64,000 nt of DNA from Candidatus Velthaea sp. (GTDB lineage: Bacteria > Vulcanimicrobiota > Vulcanimicrobiia > Vulcanimicrobiales > Vulcanimicrobiaceae): the NCBI GenBank assembly GCA_965214935.1, contig CBDCCS010000001.1, forward strand, positions 1 to 64,000, given 5' to 3'. The notes beneath the pieces are model-generated. The model searched no databases and had not been told where the DNA came from. It was given only the letters and a program-made list of their open reading frames with translations. Positions 10,257-20,343 of this stretch are shown piece by piece. Position 1 is the stretch's first letter. The number at the start of each line of letters is the position of its first letter. A program made the position numbers and the translations under genes.

Positions 10257-11664
10257 CCAAGACCGGTTCGGCCGGCGTGCTCACGGACGACGAACGTCCG
10301 CCATGGGTCCGAATCAGCGGCACCGTAGCGACGTGCGGAGCATCGACCGCTTCGAGATTGAGACGAATCTCTTCGTGGCCTAACTCGAAATCACGGTCGT
10401 GCTGGCCCGCGTTCTGCGCATCGAGCGGATCGATGCGATCGGCAAAACCGTTCGCGCGTTCGGTATGCACCGGCTCGGACAGCTCGTCGAACGGCAATTC
10501 ATCGTCACCTTGCTCGGCGTATGAATCGATGAGACCGTTCGGACCGGCTGTCAGATCCGGCCGGCGGCGTTTGTACCGGACCGGCGTGCCCGCCTTGTGC
10601 GGTGCGGAGCGCTCGCGTTCGCGCCGGGCCTTGCGCGCCGCGATGACCGCATCGCGATCGGCGACCGGAGCAGCACCGTTTTTCGCAGCTTGCAAGCGCG
10701 CTTCGGCTTTCGTACGCGGAGCTTCGAGCGCAACGTTTGCAGCGAGCGTACGCGAGCGCCGCGCATTCTGCATTTTCGCAACCAGCGGCGCAGAGTAGAA
10801 AATCGAGTGATAGCCGCCCGAGCAGATGCCGACCAGTAAGGCGAACGCGAAGTTTTGCAAACTCGCGCCGCCGAGAGCAAGCAACGCCACGAGCGTCACA
10901 ACCACCGTTGCCAGCGTGTTGACCGAGCGCGTCATCGTTTGCAAGATCGAGGTGTTCACGATCTTATCAAAATTGTTGCCGGCCATGAGCTTGACGTTCT
11001 CGCGGATCCGATCGAGAATGACGATCGTATCCATCACCGAGTAGCCGATGACGGTCAACACCGCGGCCAAGAATGCATCGTCGACGCGCTTGTTCGCGAG
11101 CGCGTAAATACCGATCATCATGGCTGAATCGCGCACGAGTGCGATGACGGTCACCAGACCGAAAATGTAATTCCAGCCGAACCGAAAGGCGATGTAAAGA
11201 AACTGGATTGCAATGGCAATGACCAGCGCTTTGATCGCGTTGAACAGATACTCGTGCGAGAGCGACGGCCCGACGGTCGAGACCGAAACCTGAGACGGAT
11301 CGATCGGCGCGATTTGCGCCAGCGCCGCTTTGAGCGGGACGCTGTTATTGCCGAAATCTTTTTGCGTCTCGATCGTCCAGCGCGGCGTGCCTTGATCGCC
11401 GGCCTTGCCCAGCGTGTTGATCTGAGCATCGACGACACCGACTTTCGCAAGCGCACCGGCGATTTGTTCGCGGGAAACGCTCTGCTTGTACGTGACCGTG
11501 ATATCGGTGCCGCCGGTAAACGATAGGCCGAGCCTCAAGGCCGAACCGGTCGTCGCGTAGTGGTAGATCATCGCAACGACGCCGAGCGCAATGATCGCGT
11601 ACGAAATGTACGAGACGACATTGAACCAACCGACGACGTTCCATTGGAGACGACGGAAAAACAT
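10240..11664 (-). CDS. secF: Protein translocase subunit SecF with long C-terminal tail
   Basis: LGLSFTGG, VGPS, IGYSVMDTIVILDRIREN, RSVNT; downstream of secD. Confidence 0.95.
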   Translation of the reverse strand: MFFRRLQWNVVGWFNVVSYISYAIIALGVVAMIYHYATTGSALRLGLSFTGGTDITVTYKQSVSREQIAGALAKVGVVDAQINTLGKAGDQGTPRWTIETQKDFGNNSVPLKAALAQIAPIDPSQVSVSTVGPSLSHEYLFNAIKALVIAIAIQFLYIAFRFGWNYIFGLVTVIALVRDSAMMIGIYALANKRVDDAFLAAVLTVIGYSVMDTIVILDRIRENVKLMAGNNFDKIVNTSILQTMTRSVNTLATVVVTLVALLALGGASLQNFAFALLVGICSGGYHSIFYSAPLVAKMQNARRSRTLAANVALEAPRTKAEARLQAAKNGAAPVADRDAVIAARKARRERERSAPHKAGTPVRYKRRRPDLTAGPNGLIDSYAEQGDDELPFDELSEPVHTERANGFADRIDPLDAQNAGQHDRDFELGHEEIRLNLEAVDAPHVATVPLIRTHGGRSSSVSTPAEPVLGDKAE

Positions 11665-11666
11665 GT

Positions 11667-12941
11667 TTACGCTCCGTACGCTTTATGGTTCGTCACGAGG
11701 TCGTTTTCGACGATGACATCCATGAAGAAGCGGGTGATGAAAACCGCGGTAATGAGCGAGAACGCCGTGCCCCAGAAGAGCGTATAGGCAAAACCTTTGA
11801 CGGTACCGGTACCCAGCAAAAACAGCACGCCGGCCCCGACGATCGTCGTAAAATGGCTATCGAACACGGAAGAAAACGCCCGTGCAAAACCGATCTTCGT
11901 CGCCGAACGCAGCGACTTTCCGGCCCACAGCTCTTCTTTGATACGCTCGAAAATGAGAACGTTGGCATCGACGGCCATACCGATTGAAAGCACGAAGCCG
12001 GCGATTCCCGGCAACGTCAGAACCGCATGGGCGACGGAAAGCAGCGCGAGCAGCGCGACGACGTAAACGACAAGTGCAAGATCGGCCAGCACGCCCGGTA
12101 AGCGATAGACGATACCCATGAAGATAAGAACGAGCAGCAAGCCGATCGCCGCGGCTTGCAGCGACTTCGTGAGATCTTGTTGGCCTAGTATCGGCCCGAC
12201 TTCATCTTTTTCGACGATGTCGACCGGCACCGGCAACGCGCCGGCGTTTAGCTCGTTGGCAATGCGCGTTACGTCGTCTTCGGTGAACGTGCCGTGAATG
12301 AGTCCGCTGTCGGTAATGACGCCTTCGATCGTCGCGTCGGAAACGAACTTACGATCGAGGAAGATTCCGAGCAACTGACCCATGTGCTTTTGCGTCAGAT
12401 CGCCGAAACGCTTGGGATCTTTGGTCTGGAAGTCGATCTGCGGTTCTCCCGCCTGACCGAACGCCGCTTGTGCTCCCTTGAGATCGGCGCCGGAGTAGAC
12501 GATCGGTCCAGCATCTTTATACGCGCCGTTCGGATCCTGCGCGTACTTTTTGTCGGAATTGATCCGGTCTTGCACCTGCTGCGGCACGATCTTAAAATCA
12601 AGCACGGCCGCTTCCTTGAGCTGGCGCTCGACTTCATCGGGATCTTTGGCTGCCGGCAATTCGACGAGCAGCCGATTCATACCGACTCGCGTGATGACCG
12701 GCTCGGCCACACCGAGACCGTTTACACGATTCTGCACGACCTGCTCGACCTGACCCTGGATGCCGGGCGAAATTGTCTTGATCGTGTCGGTGGGCTGCAG
12801 CTCCAAGAGCACGCGGACACCGCCTTGCAGATCGAGACCCAAATGGATCTTTTGCTGGATCGGAAGAATCGCCCACAGGCACAAACCGACGACCGTTAAT
12901 AAAATGACCGCCTGCAGCGGTCGTTTGAGCTTATTCCACAT
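11667..12941 (-). CDS. secD: Protein translocase subunit SecD
   Basis: LGLDLQGG, GALP, LTLPGIAG, IGMAVDANVLIFERIKEE, GTGTVKGFA. Confidence 0.97.
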   Translation of the reverse strand: MWNKLKRPLQAVILLTVVGLCLWAILPIQQKIHLGLDLQGGVRVLLELQPTDTIKTISPGIQGQVEQVVQNRVNGLGVAEPVITRVGMNRLLVELPAAKDPDEVERQLKEAAVLDFKIVPQQVQDRINSDKKYAQDPNGAYKDAGPIVYSGADLKGAQAAFGQAGEPQIDFQTKDPKRFGDLTQKHMGQLLGIFLDRKFVSDATIEGVITDSGLIHGTFTEDDVTRIANELNAGALPVPVDIVEKDEVGPILGQQDLTKSLQAAAIGLLLVLIFMGIVYRLPGVLADLALVVYVVALLALLSVAHAVLTLPGIAGFVLSIGMAVDANVLIFERIKEELWAGKSLRSATKIGFARAFSSVFDSHFTTIVGAGVLFLLGTGTVKGFAYTLFWGTAFSLITAVFITRFFMDVIVENDLVTNHKAYGA

Positions 12942-12976
12942 ACCGCGCGCTTCGGAGGGAAGAGGAGAACCCCGGC

Positions 12977-13005
12977 ATTGTAGCAGGCCGGACGACTAGC
13001 GTCAA
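12977..13005 (-). promoter_or_regulatory. Sigma70-type promoter of secDF
   Basis: Minus strand TTGACG-17 nt-TACAAT with TGn extended -10, about 35 nt upstream of the secD ATG. Confidence 0.8.
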
Positions 13006-13105
13006 ACCGGCGCCTCGTCCGTTAAGATTCGTACGGCGCAACCGGCGAGCGTCGCCCGGACGCAGCTGCGGGAAGTTGGGCGGCGTACCCGGTACTGCCG
13101 GTACG

Positions 13106-13375
13106 ATGGAGACGCTCTCTGCTGCCGCTGCCGACGCCATTCGCCGGCATATGAACGAGGACCATGCCGATGCCGTCGCCGGTTACGCCCGAACGCATGC
13201 GCACCTTCCACGGGTTGAGTCGGCAACGATCGAGGCGATCGATGCGCACGCAATGCAGCTTGCAGTCCAGACCGGCACCGAACGTACGCTGGTGCACGTA
13301 GCGTTCGATCACGTACTGCAGAACTCGGATGACGCGCGCGACACGCTCATCGCGATGGCACGGGGCTCCGCTTGA
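13106..13375 (+). CDS. DUF2470 (HugZ/GluBP-like) small domain protein
   Basis: AIRRHMNEDHADA...ID..AM.L...F...ARDTLIAM pattern. Confidence 0.8.
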   Translation: METLSAAAADAIRRHMNEDHADAVAGYARTHAHLPRVESATIEAIDAHAMQLAVQTGTERTLVHVAFDHVLQNSDDARDTLIAMARGSA

Positions 13376-13577
13376 ACCGGCGATCATCCGCGAATGCTCG
13401 CGATCTCTCGAACAGCTTCGAGCAGCTACTCGTCACAAAGGTTTTTGCGCCCGCGCTTATTCGCGCACGCCATTGCACACGGTCATAACGTACTCAGTGC
13501 GCTACAAACGTCTCGGCGTTGCAGACGATGACGAGCGCGGGGACCGGCTTGACGAACGGCAGCCGACGGACGGCCAC

Positions 13578-15623
13578 TCAGGCCGCGAGTGCCGCCGGCG
13601 CGTCGATCACGCCGGCCGGTTCGAGCGCGATATCCGACGGGATCTCGGTATAAGCGTAGACGTCGATACGAATGCCGATTTGTTCGAAGAAGTCGGCTAG
13701 CAGCGGGCGCAACGCGGCCGTTGCGATGATCGCGTGACCGCCGGGAATCGGTTCGGATAAGTAGGCTTCGATTTGCATGCGCACGTGCACGGCGGTTGCC
13801 GGGTCGGGCGCTAAACCGCCCCCGGCCGTCCACATGCGCCCGAGAACGCTCTCGAATTGCGGCGCAAAGATCAGCGGGCGAATACGCCGGATTCCGTCGC
13901 GCCGGAACTGCTGCGGGATAACGCTCCGGCGTGCAGCTTCGGTTAACTCGCGCGGGTCGCGCGAAGCCGTCGCGGCGTCGAGCATCGTTTCAAACACGGC
14001 GATCGGATCGCGCGGCCAGGCACGTTCTTTGAGCAACTGGATGAACACCCGGTGCGCGGTCACGATCGGCAGCGATTCGCCGCCGATATCTTTAACAACC
14101 GACGGTACGCTGGCGCGAAGATGTTCGATAAGCGTGTGGAACTCTTGCCGGCCGAGTAACTCGCTCGCGTGCCGGCGGACAAGTTCCGACAAGTGCGAGC
14201 CGACGATCGAAATTGCATCGAAGGTCAAAGCACCGACCGCCGTTGCACGGTCGCGCTCTTCAGGTACGACCCATTTTGCAGCCAAGCCGTAAACCGGCTC
14301 GCGCGTCTCCTCACCGCTTATTTGCGCGAGCATTGCCGGGCTGCCGACCGCTACGAGCCGATCGAGCCGCACGAGCCCCTCACCGGCGATGCGATCGCGC
14401 ACGCGAATAGCGTAGGTTCGCGGCTCGCGCACTCCGTCGTCGCGTAAGCGCACGCCCGGAATCACGATCCCGATTTCGGCCGCGAGCGCTCGGCGCACAT
14501 CGGCAATGCGGTCGAGCAACGCATCGGAATTCGGCGCTGCCAGCAACGGATAGAGATCGCTGCCGACGTCGATAGAAAGCGCGTCGACGCCGACGAGGCC
14601 GAGCGCCATCTCCGGCCGCCGTACCGCTGCTTTACGCGCGTGCTCCGTCTCGGCTTTGCGTTGCGCAACGAGTCCGGCATTGCGCTTGTCGGCGAAATGC
14701 GCGGTGACGAACGCGCAGATGCCCAGTCCGATGAACAGCGGTGCGGGTAACGCCGGTACGAAACCCAGCAATACCATAAGCACCGCCGCCGAACGCAGAA
14801 CGTCGGGCCGGCTGATCAATTGTAAGCCTAAGTCGACGCCGAGTGCGCCGTCGCCGGCAACGCGGGTGACCATTAGGCCCATCGCCGTGGAAATCAAGAA
14901 GGCCGGCAGGGTCGTAACGAGCGCATTTCCGATAGAAAGCAGCGAAAAGGTGCCGATCGCTTCAAGCGGCGACATGCCGTGATAGATGATCCCGACGACG
15001 ATACCGCCGAGTAGATTGAGGACCACGATCACCAGCGCGGCAATGGCGTCGCCTTTGACGAACTTGCCCGCGCCGTCCATTGCGGCATAGAAGTCGGCTT
15101 CACGTTGAACCCGTGCTCGCTTACGGCGTGCACCGTCGGTGTCCAGCACGCCGGCGTGGACGTCCGCGTCGATCGCCATCTGTTTACCGGGCATTGCGTC
15201 GAGCGTGAAGCGCGCGCAAACTTCCGCCACGCGCTGCGCACCCGTCGCAATAACGATGAATTGGATGGTGATTAAGATAGCAAAGACGATCAGACCGACG
15301 ACGATATTACCGCGAACGACGAATTGCCCGAAGGCCGGAATGATCGAACCGGCACCACCTTCGAGATGACCCTGCGTCAGGATTAAGCGGGTCGCGCTCA
15401 CATCGAGCGACAAGCGAAACAAAGTTGCCAGCAAAAGCGTCGGCGCGAAGGCCGAGAACTCGAGCGGCTCTTCGACGCGCAAGGTCAACAGCAGAACGAG
15501 CGCCGATCCGAAAATATTGACGCCCAAGAGTACGTCGAGTACGAGCGGCGGCAACGGCACGATGAGGATTGCGACGATCCCGAGAACCAGCGCGCTGAAA
15601 GCCGATGTAAGTTTTGCGTTCAT
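13578..15623 (-). CDS. flhA: Export gate protein FlhA/SctV
   Basis: FHIPEP family motifs RVAEVCARFTLDAMPGKQMAIDAD and AMDGAGKFVKGDAIA. Confidence 0.95.
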   Translation of the reverse strand: MNAKLTSAFSALVLGIVAILIVPLPPLVLDVLLGVNIFGSALVLLLTLRVEEPLEFSAFAPTLLLATLFRLSLDVSATRLILTQGHLEGGAGSIIPAFGQFVVRGNIVVGLIVFAILITIQFIVIATGAQRVAEVCARFTLDAMPGKQMAIDADVHAGVLDTDGARRKRARVQREADFYAAMDGAGKFVKGDAIAALVIVVLNLLGGIVVGIIYHGMSPLEAIGTFSLLSIGNALVTTLPAFLISTAMGLMVTRVAGDGALGVDLGLQLISRPDVLRSAAVLMVLLGFVPALPAPLFIGLGICAFVTAHFADKRNAGLVAQRKAETEHARKAAVRRPEMALGLVGVDALSIDVGSDLYPLLAAPNSDALLDRIADVRRALAAEIGIVIPGVRLRDDGVREPRTYAIRVRDRIAGEGLVRLDRLVAVGSPAMLAQISGEETREPVYGLAAKWVVPEERDRATAVGALTFDAISIVGSHLSELVRRHASELLGRQEFHTLIEHLRASVPSVVKDIGGESLPIVTAHRVFIQLLKERAWPRDPIAVFETMLDAATASRDPRELTEAARRSVIPQQFRRDGIRRIRPLIFAPQFESVLGRMWTAGGGLAPDPATAVHVRMQIEAYLSEPIPGGHAIIATAALRPLLADFFEQIGIRIDVYAYTEIPSDIALEPAGVIDAPAALAA

Positions 15624-16642
15624 GTGATAGCTCCTGAGCGGACGAGTTCTGCAATGATGCGGGCCACGGCAACGAACGTGTCACCGGGAATCGCGCGACC
15701 GGCGTCGCCGTGCGCAAAAAGCGCTCGTGCGAGCGCAACGTTCTCAACGATCGGTATGCCGTGCGCGGCGGCGAGCGTTTTGACGCTGAGCGCCGCCTCA
15801 TCGGCAGCCCGGACAAGAATCTCGGGTACCGGAACGTCCGGCGGTTCGTATCGAACCGCGATCGCGATATGCGTCGGATTGACGATCACAAACGAAGCGT
15901 CTTTGGTTCGCGCAATCGAGCCGCGTACGAGCGAACGATGCAGCATCTTGCGCCGCGAACGCGTCTGCGGATCGCCGTCATTTTCTTTTTGATCGCGCCG
16001 GACTTCTTCGAGCGTCATCTTGAGATCGCGCAACCAGCGGCGGCGCACGAGCGCATAGTCGGCTGCAGCGAAACACGCTCCGACGAGTATGGTTGCGAGA
16101 AACGCACGTTGCGCCCCGCTGACGACGAGCAAGCCGAAGCCGGCAGCATTGCTGACCGTTGTTGCGCGTGCGAAAGCGTCGACGGTCAGCGGCCATAACG
16201 CTAGCGTTGCGACGATAAAAGCGACGATTGCGCGCGCCGCACCGACAAACGCTTCGCCGCCGACCATTCGCTTCAAGCCCGGAATCGGGTTGAGACGCGT
16301 GAACTGCACCTTGGGGACATTAAAGTGCAGCCCGCCGGCTTGCAACACGTTCGCGCCGACACTGCCGACTGCAGCAGCGCACGCCGGCAGCAACGCAACG
16401 AGCGGGATAAGGCGCAAAGCTGCGGGCAACTGCAGCAGATTTGGACGGTGGCTGCATTGCTGCAATGCGCCGGTTGCGACGGCGGCGAGCACCGGTATCG
16501 TTACAAACGTGACGACAGCCGCGCACGCAAAAGCGACGATTGCCGGTATCTCGCTCGATCGCGCAACATTGCCGTCGCGTATGGCTTTCGCTTTGCGCGA
16601 CGGTGTCGGATCGAAATTCTTTTGCGCACGCTCGGCACTCAT
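15620..16642 (-). CDS. flhB: Export switch protein FlhB/SctU
   Basis: PTPSRK, LKMTLEEVRRDQKENDGDP, NPTH autocleavage site, VENVALARAL. Confidence 0.93.
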   Translation of the reverse strand: MSAERAQKNFDPTPSRKAKAIRDGNVARSSEIPAIVAFACAAVVTFVTIPVLAAVATGALQQCSHRPNLLQLPAALRLIPLVALLPACAAAVGSVGANVLQAGGLHFNVPKVQFTRLNPIPGLKRMVGGEAFVGAARAIVAFIVATLALWPLTVDAFARATTVSNAAGFGLLVVSGAQRAFLATILVGACFAAADYALVRRRWLRDLKMTLEEVRRDQKENDGDPQTRSRRKMLHRSLVRGSIARTKDASFVIVNPTHIAIAVRYEPPDVPVPEILVRAADEAALSVKTLAAAHGIPIVENVALARALFAHGDAGRAIPGDTFVAVARIIAELVRSGAIT

Positions 16643-17358
16643 CGGTTCGCCGCGTACGGCACGAGTAACACGGGGTGCGCCGCGAGCGGAGCATACAACG
16701 GCAACGTTGCGACGGCAACGAGCAGCGCAGGGGCCAAGACGATCGGAAACGAAAGCGTAAAACTTGAAAAGCGCGGAACGACGCGCGTTACTGCACCCAG
16801 CGCGAGTTGCACGATCGCAGCCACCGCGATAGCCGGTCCGGCCACCGTAATCGCCGTCAAACTAATTGTTTGCGGCAGCGCGAGAGCAAAGTGAAACCAG
16901 TCGTCCGGAGCAATAAGTGCGCCCGCGCCGAGATGCTCGAAGCTTTGAGCAAACGCGCGAATGACGACGGCATAACCGTCGAGCAAAAAGAAACCGGCCA
17001 AGAATAGCGACGACCATAGCCGGCCGAAACCTTGCGCGGACGTTACGCCCGCGTTCGGTACGCTGCCGCGAAAACCGACATAGTCGTCGATTACCCGGCC
17101 GCCGTAGTAGGCGCCGTCATATAATAGCGATGCACCGATGCCGATCGCTCCGCCGATTGCAACTTCACTTGCAATGGCCAAGCTAAAATAGCCCAGGCCG
17201 ACGTCCGGCCGGGCATGCACCGCGGGCGTTATACCGATTGCTAGCGCCAGGGCAAGTGCAAGCCGGACGATGAGCGGGACCGCCGGATGGGTAAAGCCCG
17301 GCGCGCGGAACATCAGCCCGGCACTGCGCGCAAACACGAGCAGCAGCGTCTGCGTCAT
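16639..17358 (-). CDS. fliR: FliR/SctT
   Basis: Hydrophobic, EVAIG and LGAVTRVVP motifs; ATGA-coupled between fliQ and flhB. Confidence 0.88.
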   Translation of the reverse strand: MTQTLLLVFARSAGLMFRAPGFTHPAVPLIVRLALALALAIGITPAVHARPDVGLGYFSLAIASEVAIGGAIGIGASLLYDGAYYGGRVIDDYVGFRGSVPNAGVTSAQGFGRLWSSLFLAGFFLLDGYAVVIRAFAQSFEHLGAGALIAPDDWFHFALALPQTISLTAITVAGPAIAVAAIVQLALGAVTRVVPRFSSFTLSFPIVLAPALLVAVATLPLYAPLAAHPVLLVPYAANR

Positions 17359-17624
17359 GGGCCGTGCACGAGCGCCGGTATGCGCGCCAAGATGTCGGTG
17401 AAGAGCTGCGCGCACAGGTTCATGCCGAACGCTCCACCCAGCGCTAGTGCGCCGCCGACCACGACGACTTTGGGCAGTAACGTCAGCGTTTGTTCTTGGA
17501 CTTGCGTCGCCGCCTGGACGATGGCCACCGCAGCCCCGACGAGCGTTGCCAAACCGAGGATCGGCAACACCAAAACTGCAGTGACGATTAGCGCTTCGCG
17601 GAGCAGTACCTCAAATTCGGCCAC
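17355..17624 (-). CDS. fliQ: FliQ/SctS
   Basis: QAATQVQEQTLTLLPK signature. Confidence 0.93.
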   Translation of the reverse strand: MAEFEVLLREALIVTAVLVLPILGLATLVGAAVAIVQAATQVQEQTLTLLPKVVVVGGALALGGAFGMNLCAQLFTDILARIPALVHGP

Positions 17625-17669
17625 CTGCCGATGCTGCCGTTCGGGGGTGACGGCAGAACGACCGCAATG

Positions 17670-18554
17670 TTACCGCAAGATGCGCTCGCGGCGAGTAGCG
17701 CGGAGCGCCGAAACGACGGCCCGCGTCGCCGGCGATTTATTCAGCGTGTAAAAATGAATACCGGGCGCGCCACCGTCGAGCAGCTCGACACACTGAATGG
17801 TCGCAAAGGCAACGCCGAGTTCAGCGACCGCTTCAGGCTCGTTGCGCCGTAGTTCGAGTTCCGACCGCAGGGCAATGGGAATCGTCGCACCGCACATCGC
17901 CGTAAAGCGGTCGATCTGCTCGTAGTTCGTTATCGGCATAATACCGGGAATAACCGGGACGGTAATTCCGCGCGCGCGTACGCGGGCGACATAATCGAAA
18001 TATTGTTGATTGTCAAAAAACAGTTGCGTGATCAGAAAGCGTGCGCCGCTGGCAACTTTGCGTTCCACGGCTTCGAGATCGGCGTGCACGCTGCCGGCTT
18101 CGGGATGTTTCTCGGGGTAGCACGCCGCACCGATACAAAAGTCAAATTCGCGTTCGAGCAGACCGACTAAGTCGCTGGCATTGCGGAAACCGCCCGCGTG
18201 CGCGATAAAGTCGCCGCCGCGCGGCGCATCTCCACGTAAAGCGAGCACGTTGCTGATGTTTGCAGCTTCGAGCTCGTGAAAGATTTCGCGCAATTCGTCC
18301 GCGTTCGCACCGACGCACGTGATGTGCGCCAACACATCGATGTCGAGCTCGTTCTGGATGCGTTTGGCAACATCGACCGTTCGCGTACGCGTCGATCCGC
18401 CGGCTCCGTAGGTAACCGAAACGTAAGCCGGATCGAGCGATTTAAGCGCGGCGACCGTTTGCATGAGCGATGCAACGCCCGCATCCGTTTTCGGCGGGAA
18501 GAACTCGAAGGAGAAAAACGGCGACTGCGTTCGTAACCGTTCGGTGATCCGCAT
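17670..18554 (-). CDS. metF: 5,10-methylenetetrahydrofolate reductase
   Basis: SFEFFPPK, SVTYGAGGS, LALRGD, YPEKHP, ITQLFFD, HFYTLN. Confidence 0.97.
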   Translation of the reverse strand: MRITERLRTQSPFFSFEFFPPKTDAGVASLMQTVAALKSLDPAYVSVTYGAGGSTRTRTVDVAKRIQNELDIDVLAHITCVGANADELREIFHELEAANISNVLALRGDAPRGGDFIAHAGGFRNASDLVGLLEREFDFCIGAACYPEKHPEAGSVHADLEAVERKVASGARFLITQLFFDNQQYFDYVARVRARGITVPVIPGIMPITNYEQIDRFTAMCGATIPIALRSELELRRNEPEAVAELGVAFATIQCVELLDGGAPGIHFYTLNKSPATRAVVSALRATRRERILR

Positions 18555-18565
18555 ACCGCTTGCTT

Positions 18566-19225
18566 CTACCTAAAACTGGTGACGACCCCGTTACAGACGA
18601 GCGCCCAGCCGTCGACGAGCACGAATAACAATAACTTAGCAGGCAGTGAGATAACGGGCGGTGAGAGCATGAACATCCCGAGGCCCATCAGGATTGCGGC
18701 AACCGCGAGATCGATTGCGACAAAAGGCAAGTACAGCGCAACGCCGATCGCGAAACCGTTGCGCAGTTCGCCGACGACGAAGGCCGGAATGATGACGGTC
18801 AGCGGCGCGGCACGGGGCGTTTCGCCCGCCGATCGATGCGCCACGCGAGCGAAGATTGCGATATCCTTGGTTTTTGTTTGGCGCAGCATAAAGGTTTTGA
18901 GCGGCTCGATCGCTCGGTCTAGAAACGCATGCTGCGAGATGCGGCCTTTAGCGTACGGCTCGAGCGCATCGTGCGAAATCGCGTCGAACGTCGGCGTCAT
19001 GATTACCAACGTCAAGATCAACGCGAGACCTGTTAGGACCGTATTGGGCGGCAACGATGAAGCGCCGATCGCCGAACGAACCAGTGACAGCACGACGATG
19101 ATGCGCACGAACGACGTTGATAAGACAAGAATAAACGGCGCGATCGACAGCAACGTGAGGCCGGCCAGAACATCGAGAGGAATTGAAGAGCGTCCGTGAC
19201 CGGCCATCGTAACCAAAGCATCCAT
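18566..19225 (-). CDS. fliP: FliP/SctR, short form without N-terminal signal peptide
   Basis: TSFVRIIVVLS, PPN, PAF, LGMFMLSPPVISLPAKLLLFVLVDGW. Confidence 0.93.
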   Translation of the reverse strand: MDALVTMAGHGRSSIPLDVLAGLTLLSIAPFILVLSTSFVRIIVVLSLVRSAIGASSLPPNTVLTGLALILTLVIMTPTFDAISHDALEPYAKGRISQHAFLDRAIEPLKTFMLRQTKTKDIAIFARVAHRSAGETPRAAPLTVIIPAFVVGELRNGFAIGVALYLPFVAIDLAVAAILMGLGMFMLSPPVISLPAKLLLFVLVDGWALVCNGVVTSFR

Positions 19226-19285
19226 GCGGCCATCATCGCAGCGGCGCATGGCCGAAACGTGACCGCTTTGCGTCGGCGACGCGCG

Positions 19286-19543
19286 TTAGGGCCGTTCGAT
19301 GAGTTCTGTGATCCGCACGCCGAATTTCTCATCGACGGCGACAACTTCGCCGCGTGCAACGAGCCGATCGTTCACCAATAAGTCGACCGGGCCGCCGGCT
19401 AGGCGATCGAGTTCGACGACGGAGCCCGTGCCGAGCTTGAGAATGTCCTCGACGAGCATCTTGCAGGTGCCGAGCTCCGCCGTTATTTTGAGCGGTACGC
19501 TCATGAGCATGTCGAGATTTTTACCGTTCTCTAGGGTCGCCAT
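19286..19543 (-). CDS. fliN: FliN (SpoA domain only, 85 aa)
   Basis: VPLKITAELG...GSVVELDRLAGGPVDLLVNDRLVARGEVVAVDEKFGVRI. Confidence 0.93.
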   Translation of the reverse strand: MATLENGKNLDMLMSVPLKITAELGTCKMLVEDILKLGTGSVVELDRLAGGPVDLLVNDRLVARGEVVAVDEKFGVRITELIERP

Positions 19544-20343
19544 CACGACTGAGCTCCCGTTGTCTTGACCGAATGTAACTCGAAAGAATAATGGCCGCCG
19601 GAGATGCCGCCGCAACCGCTCGCCATGTACGTATCGGCGATTTTCAAGCCGGCCGCAGCACCGACCTGGGTATCGAGCCGCACGATATCGCCCGGCTTGA
19701 GACTCAAAAACGTTCGTGCATCGATGGTACCGGTTGCAAACTCGACGTGCACGTCAAGCGGCACGCGTGCCAGCAATGCAGGCGGAAACGGACGTGCCGG
19801 ACCGGAGTCGGGCAAATCGCGCACGACTCCGACACCGATGTCGATTGCGACCGGTGCGCTGACACGAACGTCGAAAAATGCGACACACGCCGGCAACGCC
19901 GGGCCGGCAATTCGTTGCGACCCGCTGCGGCGTTCGGCATAGAGCGGATCGAACGTCGCGGCGCAGCGGCCGGCTATGCGTTCGAGTGCATGCAATTCGA
20001 GCGCACTGAGCGCAGGGGATTCCAGAATGACGGTTTCGCCGAAGGCGCGCTGCACGAGCGTTCGCGCATCCGCCGGGTGCAAAACCAGAATGATATCGGT
20101 CTGCCGTCCGCACGTCAGAAAGCAAAACGCGTCATTCGACAGTGTTTGCCAAGCGCGTGCGTCGATTGCGGCGGGTTCACCGATCGTCAACTCGCACGGC
20201 TCGCCGAATAAATCGCGCAGCATTTCCCGAATGCCGTTAGCGACGAGGCAAGCCGCGCCGAGCGGAATGCTTGGCCGCGCCACAAATCGCGCCCGCCGAA
20301 CGCCGTTCGGATCCGGCCGCTCGAAGGCTAAATCACCGATCAC
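19543..20343 (-). CDS. fliM: Divergent FliM-like C-ring protein
   Basis: C-terminal SpoA domain (VPLDVHVEF...LSLKPGDIVRLD); immediately upstream of fliN; no LSQxEIDxLL peptide. Confidence 0.65.
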   Translation of the reverse strand: MIGDLAFERPDPNGVRRARFVARPSIPLGAACLVANGIREMLRDLFGEPCELTIGEPAAIDARAWQTLSNDAFCFLTCGRQTDIILVLHPADARTLVQRAFGETVILESPALSALELHALERIAGRCAATFDPLYAERRSGSQRIAGPALPACVAFFDVRVSAPVAIDIGVGVVRDLPDSGPARPFPPALLARVPLDVHVEFATGTIDARTFLSLKPGDIVRLDTQVGAAAGLKIADTYMASGCGGISGGHYSFELHSVKTTGAQS

